Below the pieces are notes generated by a model. That model did not search any database. It was not told the origin of the DNA and saw only the letters and a list, made by a program, of their open reading frames with translations. A program made the translations under genes and the position numbers. Of a DNA stretch of 64,000 nucleotides, positions 47,138-60,296 are shown one piece after another; the first letter of the stretch is position 1, and each line of letters begins with the position of its first letter. The stretch is from Squalus acanthias (lineage: Eukaryota), in contig CM059431.1 in the NCBI GenBank assembly GCA_030390025.1, positions 96,040,001 through 96,104,000 of the forward strand, read 5' to 3'.

Positions 47138-47531
47138 CAGGTTGAGCGTCCTGAATCCGGCAACCTCGGGACCGAGGCCGAGCCGGTTTTCGTGTCTTTC
47201 CGGACTTCGGAACGTGTTTCTGATGTCCGAAGTCCGGAAATATCGCAACCTGGGCCCAGGCATTTCTGGACTCGGAACATGTTTCTGATGTCCGAAGTCC
47301 GGAAACGCCCGAGCCCAGGTTGCGATATTTCCGGACTTCGGACATCAGAAACTCGTTCCGAGTCCAGAAATGCCTGGGCCCAGGTTGCAATATTTCCGGT
47401 TTTTGGTAAGCCTCCCTCAGGGTGTCTGGATTCCAGAACATTTTACGAATTCCGGACGACCCTGCCACCAATTGTCCCGGAGTCCGGATCATTCCGGATT
47501 CCAGAACTCCGGATTTTGGACGCTCAACCTG
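47138..47531. mobile_element. Tigger/pogo-type (Tc1/mariner) MITE, 394 bp
   Basis: TIRs CAGGTTGAGCGTCC / GGACGCTCAACCTG with TA TSD (47136-47137, 47532-47533). Confidence 0.9.
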
Positions 47532-48381
47532 TAACAGTACCTAGGTTACCAAAAAATCCTTTGATTAAAGTTCTGCATGGAAGGCTTAAGGATAAAGAGT
47601 TGGCTGAAAGGAACAATGCAGGAGGTACTTGTTAGAAGAGTGATGTCTCGGTGGAGGAAACAGGATGAGAAAAGCACTCAGTGAAGTGCCACAGGGTTTG
47701 GTGCTAGTCACCTACTGTCCCTAATCTACATTAGTGACTAGGATTCAGAAATCCAATTCAACCTATTCAGATTTGCAGATGATACTAAAGGAATCAGTTG
47801 AATCAGAGCAAGCAGCCAAGAATCTATAAAATTGGATAAAATTTGCAAATGCACAAATCAGTGGCAAATGAAATTCAATTCAGACAAATACAAAATACTT
47901 CGTGGAAGGGGGAAAAAAAATCAATATCACAAGTAAGCTATGAATACTTTTGAAAGCTTTCTTAAAGCTTGTCTTTTCATGAAGCTTTTTGGTCACCTCT
48001 CTCAACTCTCCAATCATGGATCAGCATCTGTTCCTTTTTTTAATTTTTTCTTCTGTAAAGAGCCTTACAACATGTTGTTGCTTTAAAAAATCTATATAAA
48101 TACAAGTTGCAGCAGATTCATTTTAGGGTCAGTTAGATGAGTGACAGGAGGAATGTATGGTCTATTATTCTGAATAGTGGAGCTAAGGTGGGCTGAATGG
48201 CTCCCCTCGTCTGTATCTCTTGTAACCTTATGATCTAATAGGAAGACAGTGATCTGCACATCACATATGCCTTCCACTAATACTACACAGAAAATCAAAT
48301 TACAGGAACTTCAGCCCCTACTATTGACCTGCAGGCAGTGTAACTGCTTCAATACACTACCATTGATTACACTCCTTACTC

Positions 48382-49362
48382 CTAAGGCCATCCCCACGCC
48401 TCCACTACTTGCCTTCAAACAGCCGCCTAACCTCAGAAGTACCATCGTTCGCAGCAAATTACCCAGCTTTCAGGATAACAGCGACCACGACACCACACAA
48501 CCCTGCCACGGCAACCTCTGCAAGACATGCCAGATCATGAACACAGATACCATCATCACACGTGAGGACACTACCCACCAGGTACATGGTACATACTCAT
48601 GTGACTCGGCCAACGTTGTCTACCTCATACGTTGCAGGAAAGAATGCACCGCAGCGTGGTACATCGGCGAGACCACGCAGACACTGCGACAACGTATGAA
48701 CGGACACCGCGCAACAATCGCCAGGCAGGATTGTTACCTCCCAGTCGGGGAACACTTCAGCAGTCAAGGACATTCAGCCTCGGATCTTCGGGTAAGCGTT
48801 CTCCAAGGCGGCCTTCGAGACACACGACAACGCAAAATCATCGAGCAGAAACTGATAGCCAAGTTCCGCACTCATGAGGACGGCCTCAACCGGCATCTTG
48901 GGTTCATGTCACGATACATGACGTAGAGTCATCCAGACTCGAGTCGTCGTTGGCTTGTTCACAGATGTGATTTCCAGTAAAAAAAAGTAAAAATTTTAAA
49001 GTTTATCGTTTTCCATAGACTGCAGCTTTTGACACATTAGACCCCCTGTAACCCCACCTCATTGTCTCAGTTGTATCTTGCTATGTCTTTGATGTGGTGC
49101 CTTCCTGGCTGACCTGATTGTTTATCTGCCGAGGTGTGACAAAAGGCAGTCAGGAGGATTAAATGTAGGCGTCTGCCATTGTACGTTACACATGCATTGT
49201 TCTCTATCTATATATGCTTTGTCGATTTGTATTCCTTTACTTCACCTGACGAAGGAGCAGCCGCTCCGAAAGCTTGTGATTTCAAATAAAACTGTTGGAC
49301 TAGAACCTGGTGTTGTGCGACTTCTCACTTTTGTCCACCCCAGTCCAACACCGGCATCTCCG
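48382..49362 (+). mobile_element. Penelope-like (Neptune-type) element 3' end: Cys-rich linker, GIY-YIG (ORF ends 48926), pLTR
   Basis: PCHGNLCKTC, YSCDSANVVYLIRC..C...WYIGET, GLN; hammerhead, AATAAA and inverted-repeat tail. Confidence 0.92.
49242..49279 (+). ncRNA. Minimal (short stem III) type I hammerhead ribozyme motif
   Basis: TCAC-CTGACGA-A-GGAGC(AGCC)GCTCC-GAAA-GC-TT-GTGA: perfect stems I and II, AGCU palindromic stem III, predicted cleavage after CUU (49275). Confidence 0.85.
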
Positions 49363-49489
49363 CATCCTTACAGCATGGCAGTTCTTTGTTTACTGTCCAC
49401 ATGATACCAAGGTGGAAGATGTCATGAACTCCTGTGTGGGGACAATGTTAAACCATGTGTCCTTTACCAGACTGTAGTACACACCATAA

Positions 49490-51078
49490 TTTTTAAAAGA
49501 CCTCTGTTAAGTCACCCCTCCGCCTTCTGTTTTCTAGAGAAAAGAGCCCAAGCCTGTTCAATCTTTCCTGATAGATATAACCTCTCAATACTTATATCGT
49601 ACTTGTAAATCTTTTTTGCACCTTCACCAGTGCCTCTATATCCTTTTTGTAATGTGGGGAACAGAACTGTGCACAGTACTTCAAAGTGTGATCTAACCTA
49701 GGTTCTATAAAAGTTTAACATAACCGCTCTGCTTTTCAATTCCATTCCTCTACAAATGAACCCCAGTGCTTTATTTGCATGTGTTATGGCCTTGTTAATC
49801 TGCATTGCCACTTTCAATGCTTGTGTTTATAGCGGAGCTTGAACCCACAATCTTCTGACTGTGGCACTAGACCGATTCCTGGGATGAAGCAATTGTCCTA
49901 TGAGGAGAGATCGAGTAGACTAGGCCTATATTCCCCAGAGTTTAGAAGAATGAGAGGTGATCTCATTAAAACATATAAAATCTTAAGGAGCTTGACAAGG
50001 TAGATACTGGGAGGATGTTTCCCCTGGCTAGGGATTCTAGAACTAGGGGTCACAGTCCCAGAATAACGGGTCGGCCATTTAGGACTGAGGTGAGGAGAAA
50101 TTTCTTCACTCAAAGGATTGTGAATCTTTGGAATTCTCAATGACTGAGCATCCACAGCACTCTGGGATAGAATATATTCAAGACAGAGATTGGTAGATTT
50201 TTGGATACTGAGGGACACAACAAATGAGGATCATAGAAATTTACAGCACAGAAGGAGGCCATTCGGCCCATCTTGTCTGTGCCGGTCGACAAAGAGCTAT
50301 CCACCCTAATCCCACTTTCCAGCACTTGGTCCGTAGCCTTGTAGGTTATGGCACTTTAAGTGCATATCCAAGTACTTTTTAAATGTGATGATGGTCTCTA
50401 TCTCTACCACCCTTTCAGACAGTGAGTTCCAGACCCCCACAACCCTCTGGGTGAAAAAATTTCTCCTCAAATCCCCCGACCAATTACTTTAAATCGATGG
50501 CCCCTGGTTATTGACCCTTCTGCCAAGGGAAATAGGTCCTTCCTATTCACTCTATCTAGGCCCCTCATAATTTTATATGCCTCAATTTGGTCTCCCCTCA
50601 GCCTCCTCTGTTCCAAAGAAAACAACCCCAGCCTATCCAATCTTCCCTCATAGCTAAAATTCCCCAGCCCAGGCAACATCCTTGTAAATCTCCTCTGCAC
50701 CCCCTAGAGTGCAATCACATCCTTCCTGTAATGTGGTGACTAGAATTGCACACAGTATTCTAGCTGCGGCCTAACTAGTGTTTTATACAGTTCAAGCATA
50801 ACCTCTCTGCTGTTGTATTCTATGCCTCGGCTAATAAAGGCAAGTATCCCGTATGCCTTCTTAACCACCTTATCTGCCTGTCCTGCTACCTTCAAGGATC
50901 TATGGACATGCACTCCAAGGTCCCTCTGATCTTCTGCACTTCAGTGTCCTACCATTTATAGTGTATTCCCTTGCCTTGTTAGCACTCCCCAAATAGTGCG
51001 GGAAGGTGGAGATGAGGTAGAAGATCAGCATGATCTTATTGAATGGCGGAGCAGGCTCGAAGGGCCTACTCCTACTTA
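49490..51078. mobile_element. Cluster of nested CR1 3' fragments in both orientations
   Basis: Approximately 49490-49820 (minus), 49865-50215 (plus), 50230-50990 (minus; QRRFTRMLPG, RGDQIE) and 51000-51078 (plus tail). Confidence 0.8.
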
Positions 51079-52170
51079 CATAAGAACATAAGAAATAGGA
51101 GCAGGAGTAGGACAATCGGCCCCTCGAGCCTGCTCCGCCATTCAATAAGATCATGCTGATTTGATCCTAACCTCAAATCTAAAGAACACAAAAAGTAGGA
51201 GCAGGACCCAGCCACTCAGCCCCTGGGCCCGCTCCGCCACCCACAGGGCCTTGACCGATCCGAACTCAGCCTCATGTCCAATTTCCTGCCCGCTACCCGT
51301 AACCCCTAATTCCCTTTACTTCTAGGAAACTGTCTATTTCTGTTTTAAATTTATTTAATGATGTAGCTTCCACAGCTTCCTGGGGCAGCAAATTCCACAG
51401 ACCTACTACCCTCTGAGTGAAGAAGTTTCTCCTCATCTCAGTTTTGAAAGAGCAGCCCCTTATTCTAAGATTATGCCCCCTAGTTCTAGTTTCACCCATC
51501 CTTGGGAACATCCTTACCGCATCCACCCGATCAAGCCCCTTCACAATCTTATATGTTTCAATAAGATCGCCTCTCATTCTTCTGAACTCCAATGAGTAGA
51601 GTCCCAATCTACTCAACCTCTCCTCATATGTCCACCCCCTCATCCCCGGGATTAACCGAGTGAACCTTCTTTGTACTGCCTCGAGAGCAAGTATGTCTTT
51701 TCTTAAGTACGGACACCAAAACTGTATGCAGTATTCCAGGTGCGGTCTCACCAATACCTTATATAACTGCAGCAATACCTCCCTGTTTTTATAATCTATC
51801 CCCTTAGCAATAAAAGCCAACATTCCGTTGGCCTTCTTGATCACCTGCTGCACCTGCATACTAACTTTTTGATTTTCTTGCACTAGGAGCCCCAGATCCC
51901 TTTGTACTGCAGTACTTTCCAGTTTCTCGCCATTAAGATAATAACTTGCTCGCTGATTGTATTGCATCTGCCAAATCTCCGCCCACTCACCTAGCCTGTC
52001 TATATCTCCTTGTAGGTTTTTTATGTCCTCCTCACTTTCTACTTTCCCTCCCATCTTTGTATCATCTGCAAACTTTGATATGTTATACTCGGTCCCCTCC
52101 TCCAAATCATTAATATAGATTGTAAAGAGTTGGGGACCCAGCACCGACCCCTGCGGAACACCACTGGCTA
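51079..52170 (-). mobile_element. Young CR1 3' fragment (same subfamily as 9483-11614) inserted in another CR1 tail
   Basis: 283-aa ORF nearly identical to the 10500-11400 translation; CTACTT flanks both ends; host tail CTTATGTTCTTATG resumes near 52174. Confidence 0.93.
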
Positions 52171-52779
52171 CTTCTTATGTTCTTATGACTTGAAATAAGA
52201 GTGCCACCAAGTGAGCCAAACTGATACTGTAAATAGGTTCATAGCTAATTATCCTAACAGTGCTCTGAAAATTTGCACTCCTGTTAAAACACTTAGAAAG
52301 TTAGTGTAGTTTGATTCTCAGTTAATTTGATACTAGTTTGCCACCCCCCAATATCACAGTTCTTTTCATATTAAGTCCCAGCGTAATATGGACTGCAAGT
52401 ATGGTTCTGTATCAGTTTCCACAAAGGACAATTTGGTAGCACAGACTAAGAGGCTACACAGGCCTAGCTATCTAGGCACCAGAAAGGACAGCATAGGTGT
52501 ATGATTAACACACTAATGGATTACGTGGTGACCCAGCCTTCGAGCACTGGTGCCATAGAATGATAGGATGTGGGCTTTGTGCCCACAACTTTCCACATGG
52601 TAACTTTCCCAAGCCATTCTTGCACATCTCCTAGCAGTGATTAGAAGTGGTCTAGGAACAGATCTCCAACCTGTCTTGTGAGCCAAGGTATAGCCTGTGG
52701 CACTGCAAAACTCGGGAAGGGGAGAAAAGAAACTACTTTTTTTCTCTTAAAAAGGTATAAGGTTGTCCTTAAAACCTAG

Positions 52780-53515
52780 GAACAGTAGTAGGCCATTCAG
52801 CCCCTCGGGCCTGTTACACCATTCAATTAGATCATGGCTGATCGGTATCTTAACTCCATCTACCCACCTTGGTTCCATAACCCTCAATAGCCTTGATTAA
52901 AAAAAAAAAACAATCTCAGTTTTGAAATTTTCAACTGACCTAACCTCCAGCTTTTTGAGGGAAGAGAGTTGTAGATTTCTCCTACCCTTTGTGTGAAGAA
53001 GTGCTACCTGACATCACCCCTGAATGACCTAGCTCTAATTTAAAGGTTATGCCTCCTTGTTTTGGACTCTCCCACCAGAAGAAATTGTTTTTCTCTCTCT
53101 ACCCTATCGAATCCTTTAATCATCTTAAACACCTTAATTAGATCATCCCTTATCTTCTATGTTCAAGGGTATACAAGCCTAGTCTATGCAACCTGTCCTC
53201 ATAATTTAACCCTTTTAGCCCTAGTATCATTCTGGTGAATCTGTAATGCACCCCCTCCAAGGCCAATATATCCTTCATAAGGTGAGTGCCCAGAACTGAA
53301 TGCAGTACTCCAGATGCAATCTAACCAGAGGTTTATACAACAGTAGCATAACTTTCACCCCCTTGTATTCCAGCCCCCTTGAGATGAAGGCTAACATCCC
53401 ATTAGTCTTTTTAATTATTTTTTGTACTAGTCCACTAGTTGAGTGATTTATGTACATGGGCTCCTAAAGCTCTCCGCTCATGCATAGTTCCTAACTTCTC
53501 ACCATTTAGAAAATA
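52780..53515 (-). mobile_element. CR1 3' fragment
   Basis: NGMLAFISRGLEYKG, LEYCIQFW and the 3' stem motif. Confidence 0.8.
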
Positions 53516-53679
53516 CGGGTGGGGATCCTGAAATGTTTGCATTTTTCACCCTGCTACCTACAAATCACTGGAGAATTTGCTGTTTAGTTTGCTGTTGATT
53601 AGTTTCCATTAATAAGAAGTGCAGTGATTGTTTAATGTAATAATGTAATGTGACAATATTACCAGAGCATTTTAAGTGT

Positions 53680-53990
53680 CAGCTAAGCTCAGTAACATTC
53701 TTGTCTCCAAGTCAGAAGATTGTTGATTCAAGCCCCACCCGGGACTTGAGCATGTAATCTAGGCGGAGATGCCAGTGCAGTATTGGGGGAATGCAACATT
53801 GCCAGAAATGCTGTCCATCAGGTGAGAACTTAAACCAAGATCCTCATCTGCCTGTTCCAGTAGTTAAGTTGGATATTATATATCTCATGGCACTATTTGA
53901 AGAGCAAGGTGCTCTCCTAGTGTCCTGGCCAACATTCATCCTTAATACAATACTACCAAAAATAGATTAACTGGTCATTCGTTTCATTTC
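53680..53990 (+). mobile_element. Deu-domain SINE (SacSINE1/AmnSINE-like)
   Basis: Degenerate tRNA head, then TAAACC.AG.TCC.C.TCTGCC...CATGGCACTATTTGAAGAGCA.GG...GTGTCCTGGCCAACATT, resembling the Deu core (recalled, not searched). Confidence 0.7.
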
Positions 53991-56900
53991 CAGTGTTGAA
54001 ACTGTAATCCATGGGCTACAAGCAGATCCTAGCCCTGAGATTTCACTCCTCAAGACTCAGGCAATTCAGTAATTCAGTCCTATTTGTTATGTATTTTCTT
54101 ATATTTACTAGCTTGTCCTGTTTGAATGTTGTGGGCCTGGTGGAGGTTTGCTAAGGTTTATTGTCTGTTTGGTGCATAAATCAGATCAAGATCTTGAGAT
54201 ATGTGCAACTTAATTGGAACAGGGACTTAAACTTTTCATGTGGCACCCAAGACTTCATTGTATGTACTTGTGTGGCCCACGGAGTCTTGGCGACCACATA
54301 TACAGGCACAAAGCTTGGAGATGAGTGGGACAACTACTCCAATTGGTAATGATACAATTTAGCCATATTACATTACACAGAGTAGTATACACCTTGTTGG
54401 GGCTACTGTTCTGTGAAGGATCAGCCTATTATTGAAAACCATTGATATTGGGGTGTAGGAGCAGTTCTGGTAACCAAGTACTGTTCTTCGAAGTAGGTTT
54501 CAAAACAAACCTTTTAAAACAGTGAAGAGAGGAATTTGATACGAGTACATTCAACCGTCATGCGATGGCATCACCGACAGTCACTTCCAGGTTTATTTGC
54601 CCCTTGGCTGCCATGTTGTATCAAGAGAAGAACACAGTGCACAGAAGCAGTTCTATAAAATGTTTTAATGCAATTTATTTGATTTAATTCAAACAAGCTG
54701 AACTTTGCAGCAGTACTAAAAGCTTTTTCTGTGGTAAATGTTTGTACTAATCAAGGTGAGCGATGTCAATGCAAGTGAATAGAATGAATGATTGCTTCTT
54801 TCACTTGGGGCACCTAGTGACAGCATCAAACATCCCCAGGTTAGTTATAGCATAGCCAGGTGCAGCTCCTGTAGTGCACCAGTGACCCATCCTTAGAAAA
54901 ACAACTTCCTTCACCCGACAGCACTAGTGTGACATTTTCATTTCTTGCACCAGCCGTCAGAGCGATATTACCAATTTGGCACAGATGACACTAAACTGGC
55001 AGCTGGATGTGTGCTATGGGTCTGTGTCCTCTAAGAACTTGGCTGAGACTGACCAAACTCATTTCACTAATACGATAGCAAAATACTGCGGATGCTGGAA
55101 ATCCGAAATAACAACAGAAAACGCTGGAAAAACTCAGCAGGCCAGACAACATCCGTGGAGAGAGAAACAGAGTTAACTCATTTCATGCAAGGTCCTGATA
55201 GCCAGCAAACAGTAAACTTTCAGTCCTGGCCAGATTCAGATCCAGGTCCCTCAGGTGAAAGAACCATGTGCTAACACACTGTCGCAGCTAAGTCTACAAG
55301 TGGTTCACCTTCTCAGGGCAACTAGGGATGGGCAGTAAATGCGGCAAACTGGTGTCAGCTATCGGATAAACAAACAAAAACTTAAAAATGTAAGAAATCT
55401 GTGCTGTATGACTGATGCTGTACATTGGGTACATGAACTTGCTGTAGTGCGAATATCATTGAAGATTGTGATTTATTTTAGCTTGTTTAATAATAAGGTT
55501 AGGTTAGGTCATGTAGCAATTCAGTATGAGATAACAATCAACATGAAATAGGTAATAAACCAATAAAAGTGGGAGGGAGTGGGCTCAGTCAGAAATAAAA
55601 ATAGCCTAAAGAAAAAGGAATGAGAGCAAAGTCCAGATCATCAATAATGTTAAAAGGTAATATAAATACTTCAAGTTTAGAAAAAAAATATAGGAAATAA
55701 CAAAATAACTGATAAAAGTACAACAGAAGTAATGAAAAACAAGGAGTGTGATAAGTTAAAATATGTGAGAAGAACAGCATCAAGACAGATGAGTAGGGTC
55801 TGTTGTTCAACACACTAATGCACAGAGCATAAAGATTAAAACAAGTGAATTAGCAGCACAAATTTAGCTTAAAGGATATGACGTATTGGCCATCACGGAG
55901 ACCTGACTAAAAGCTGGGCGATAAATATACCAGGTTATAAGGGCATTAGAAAGGACAGGGAAATTGGAAAAGGAGGAGTAGCAGCAATTTTGACAAAGGG
56001 CACTATTACAGCATTAGAAAGTGGAGATCTCAGTCCGGGTGAGCAAGCAGTAGAAACTGCTGATTGGTGGTCAAAATGCTATTGAGATAAGCTTTGATGT
56101 TGTTTCTCCATAGACTGTAAATAATAGGGAAATTGTTAGCTTGCCTCACCAATCTATAAACACCTCATACCCATTGGGTTGGGAAGGCACTGATCTATTC
56201 TGGCTGTGAACACAGGATGATGGAAAAAAAGAGACACAGGCAGTCAAGTTTGAAACAGAAAGCTGTGAAGGCAAGCTGTGGCCAGGCTCAGGAGAATACA
56301 AGCAGCTTTTTAGGAGTTAGCTTAAGTCAAGGAAGACAACCCACTGATAGGAGAAAGCATAGCAAATTCATTTTTGTATTATAATGTAAAGACAAGAAAA
56401 TATTTTATATAAACAGAAGTTAAAAGGAAAAACAAAACAACGATATCTTGAAAGAGATTTCCATCCCCGAGGACGCCAACCATAAACAAAAACATTTCTC
56501 AGATCAGCACGTTGGGATACCAACATACTGCCCCAAAGCAGTGGGGAACGAAGTTTCAGCTTCCACATTGCTGATTTTTGCTACACTATTCTTGGAACGT
56601 GTCAAATATCCTCTATGCAGAAACAGAGAGGGAATTTTAATCAGGAGGAGTTTAGTTGCGGGAGGTTAAAACTGGCAAAAATGTCAACGCACGGGAAGCC
56701 AGCGAACCCACTAACTTCCGAGTTTAACTTGAGCACGTTAGGCTGCTTGCCTGCAACCCCCTCGGGAGAGGCGGGTTGCCTATTAACAGATGCTAATCGC
56801 TCAATTAGAGCGATATTTCAACTCACTTTAAAGTTTAACGTGTCCACAGGTTTCCCGGGCTTCCTGAAAGTTGCCAGTGAAGGCAAGGTGAGAGCACAGC

Positions 56901-59900
56901 AGCAATTGAGGGGGCTGAATAAAACTCAAGGAAATATTGCAATATTCAGTGCTCACAGCTGCTTTCTTACCTGCTCGTGGGAGAGGGTTTGTTCACAGTA
57001 CTTTTGCTGAGAGGTTACTTTCGACACTTTCCGCAGGCTTTCTTGATCACATCAGGATGTGGCACTATGGCTGCCTTAGATTGGACCTCGGACATGGACG
57101 CCAGCTGTTCAGAGACTTGTAGCTGGACAGCAGAGAGGGGAGCTGTGGAAGAGGGGAGCTGCAGAGCTGCCTTCTGTTTTATTTTGGCCCAGAAATTCCT
57201 CTGACTTCACCATTAATTTGCTAGAAACAGTATTTCCCCTGCACTACCAGCAAAGTTACTGCAGCGCAGTGACAGAAAGTACATGGAAATGCAGTGCCAT
57301 CATGGCAAGTTGGTGCTGGGAATAGAAGTCTTCCTAGTGTCAGCAAACACTCCTCCCAGGTCAAGTATAGAAAAGCCAGGTACGGACAAATGCTCCCCTA
57401 CTCAAAAACATGCCTCAGCCCCAACCACACAAGAGTGTGGATTTTTTTTCCATTTCTCACACCAGTCATCCTGAGTCCTGAGTGAGATTAACAATCAATA
57501 GCAGTTTTGTTCTGTAATCCCATTTCCACTATGGACTGGATTGAGACAAGCCAAAGTCAATTCACAGAGCACCCTCAAAGCTAGCAGAAGAGACTTTCAT
57601 CCCATCAGTTTGGGCTTATTTGAACCCAGGTCCCAGAGATAAAAGCTAAGTCTCCAACCCACGGCACTATCTCGTTCCCGATTAACTACAATGAACTGAA
57701 AATTGCAGGCTGCACGCCCAGATTTCCCGACATTAACTCTCTACAAGCACCTCTCCCTGCTGCAAGCACCAGATTGGAGAATCACCTCTACAAAATTATG
57801 CCAACTATCTCTTCAATAACAATGCATCACTTAAATCTGATTATTTATTTTTTGGAGAGTCGTTTGGAAGAAAAAGCCTTTGTGCATCATCAAAAGAGAT
57901 CTGCAGTTTCCATAATCCATTTCCATGGAAGAAACTTTCATTGACACAGCAAATATTGTCCAGTTGACCATTTCAAGCGGTCTTCGAGCATGTATACTCA
58001 GATTTACTGATCCACACATACAGAAGGAAAACATTATCCACACTTCCTGAGGTTGCGTTCAGTCAGTCACATTAATGTGCCACTTGTGTCCACACACAGC
58101 CACAAGCCCCTTGAGTGCTAATATGCCTTTCCGCATACAGAACTCAACCATTGAAGAGGTACCTACCACAGTCCTTTTGATGCTCAGTCAGCACACTGGT
58201 ATGCTTTCGAGTGCCACTCTTCCTTCCCAAGTTTACCTTGAAAATATGAAAAATACATGGTAAAAGAAAAGGTTGAAAATAGGCATCTCAGGCCCCTTAT
58301 ATTCTTAAATACAATGCATTAATTTGACTTCCAGAGGGTTAGGATTACAAAAATTCTATAATTTCTGGGTTTAGCTTGATCTTGTAATACTGTCTAATGA
58401 AAGTTTGATACATGTAATCAAAGGCCACACTGAAACATGTGTTTGAACAATATCATTGAAGATACTCCAGCTTGCATTATATAAAACCTTTAATTAAATC
58501 CAGTTTTTAACATGCATTTTTTTAAGAAAAGATGTGAATGAAGCAACTCTTTAATTCCTTAGAAAAACAAGCACCACACAAGACCTTTAAATTAAAGTAA
58601 CTAGTACAAATGGTTATGAAGTTTGAGTGTCTGAACTGACTATGTTGAATACTCGGATATTGGAGTTCTGAATACAGACTGAGAAACCACAAGAAAGGGA
58701 CACTCATTGCCTCTTCTGAAAGCAGCATGCAGAAACTGTAAGAATAAATTTTCTCTGATAAATACAATTAGCGTTTTGAATTTTTAACAAATCTTAAAAT
58801 AAGATTAATTTTGTAATTTTACTATTTTTTACTTGAGCTCAGTTCAGCCATTGAAACAGATCGCAGATAAAACCTAGATCCTTTTGAGTTGTGTTGACTT
58901 ATTTAATCCCTGTTAATCTTCTGAAAACTATACCTACCTATCGTCTTCTACTTCCAGATAGCCCCTACCTAGAGCACTGCCGTATACTCAAATACAGTTT
59001 AAATAATAAGGGCAATTGAGTTAGGATTGATTAATGAACTAAGTTTGATCGTACTGAGCATTTACCATCTACCACACAAGCGACATCATGTGATATCCAA
59101 TTGTATCCGTGCACTGATGTCTGGGTTGGGTTGATACGGGGCGTGGCGGCAAATATCCGGTGGCAAGTCGAATCAAATGCTGCGTTTAGATTGTGCGAGA
59201 CCCCCGTGAGTGTAGCACGGTTCCTGAAGCGTGAGCTTCTTGTAGCTAGCTGTAAGCCAAATGGAAAACCGCCAGGATTCACTGCCACGAAGGCTCGTTT
59301 TCAGGGGGTCTTTGAGGACGCCAATTTCAGCGAGTCCTTTTAATTCGGATTCGATGAGCCCTCTGTGAGTCAGCTCTTAGGGTCCCTACAATTTCCGCTG
59401 ACAAGCAGTAGACCCAGTTAAAACTGGTCCATACATTTCGGCTTGCAGCTGTTTGCTAGTGGCTAACCCTTCAAAAGCCAGCAGCACTATAAAAGCTGCT
59501 ACTGTTTGATTTGCTGAAATTTTATCCAACAGAAAATACAATTGGCGTTTTGAATTCGCGCAATGCACTAATTTGGACTGTTAAATGTACAGACTTCTGA
59601 AGCTCAGCGTCGCCTACTCGTGGAGGTTTTTCCCTCACTCGCACTGTTAAACGCAGTACACATTTGTTCCATTGACGAGTAATTGAAGACCACCACAAAC
59701 CTGCCCCACTATCGTCTGCCATGTTGGATCGTTCAGTATAGACAGTTTGAGGACATTTAGGAATTTCTAGATTGCCAGCCCCGGCCCCACGGTATCCTGT
59801 GCTAGATGGAGAGGCTGAGTCACTGATCCAAACCATGACCACTCGACTTATCGAGATGCATAATATACTCTACCGCCTTCCGTGCTTTCAATATTAAAAA

Positions 59901-60296
59901 AAACAATTAGAGGCTTGTAAAAAAAAATTAAACCGATCTAAACTTAGTACTAAATTACTTCCCGTATATATTACTAGCATGTTGAATTAATTGCCTTGAA
60001 GTACACAGACCATAATTAGGTTAAATTATGGCTTTTAAAGTGTTGCTGAGGAAACAGCTGACACTCGAAGTTTCCCTTCCTTTGGACCAGATCCTTCCTC
60101 AATGTAGATGATTTTCTTCCGTCAAATTCCTGTTCTTTGCCCCCCACTGAAGGTGCTGACCCCTTCGTTGGGAACAATTCTATGGGGGTCAGTCACACTT
60201 TGCTACCTCACCCAAGGGCCATTATTCATGTTAGAGCCTTGATATTGAATGTTGGTAGGCTATTTTTTACCATGGGGGAACCACACAAGCCCGGTG

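Noticed and set aside
55080..55180. Third hammerhead in a Penelope-pLTR-like fragment
   Set aside because: Fragment ends at GAGTTAAC before any CUGAnGA/GAAA core.
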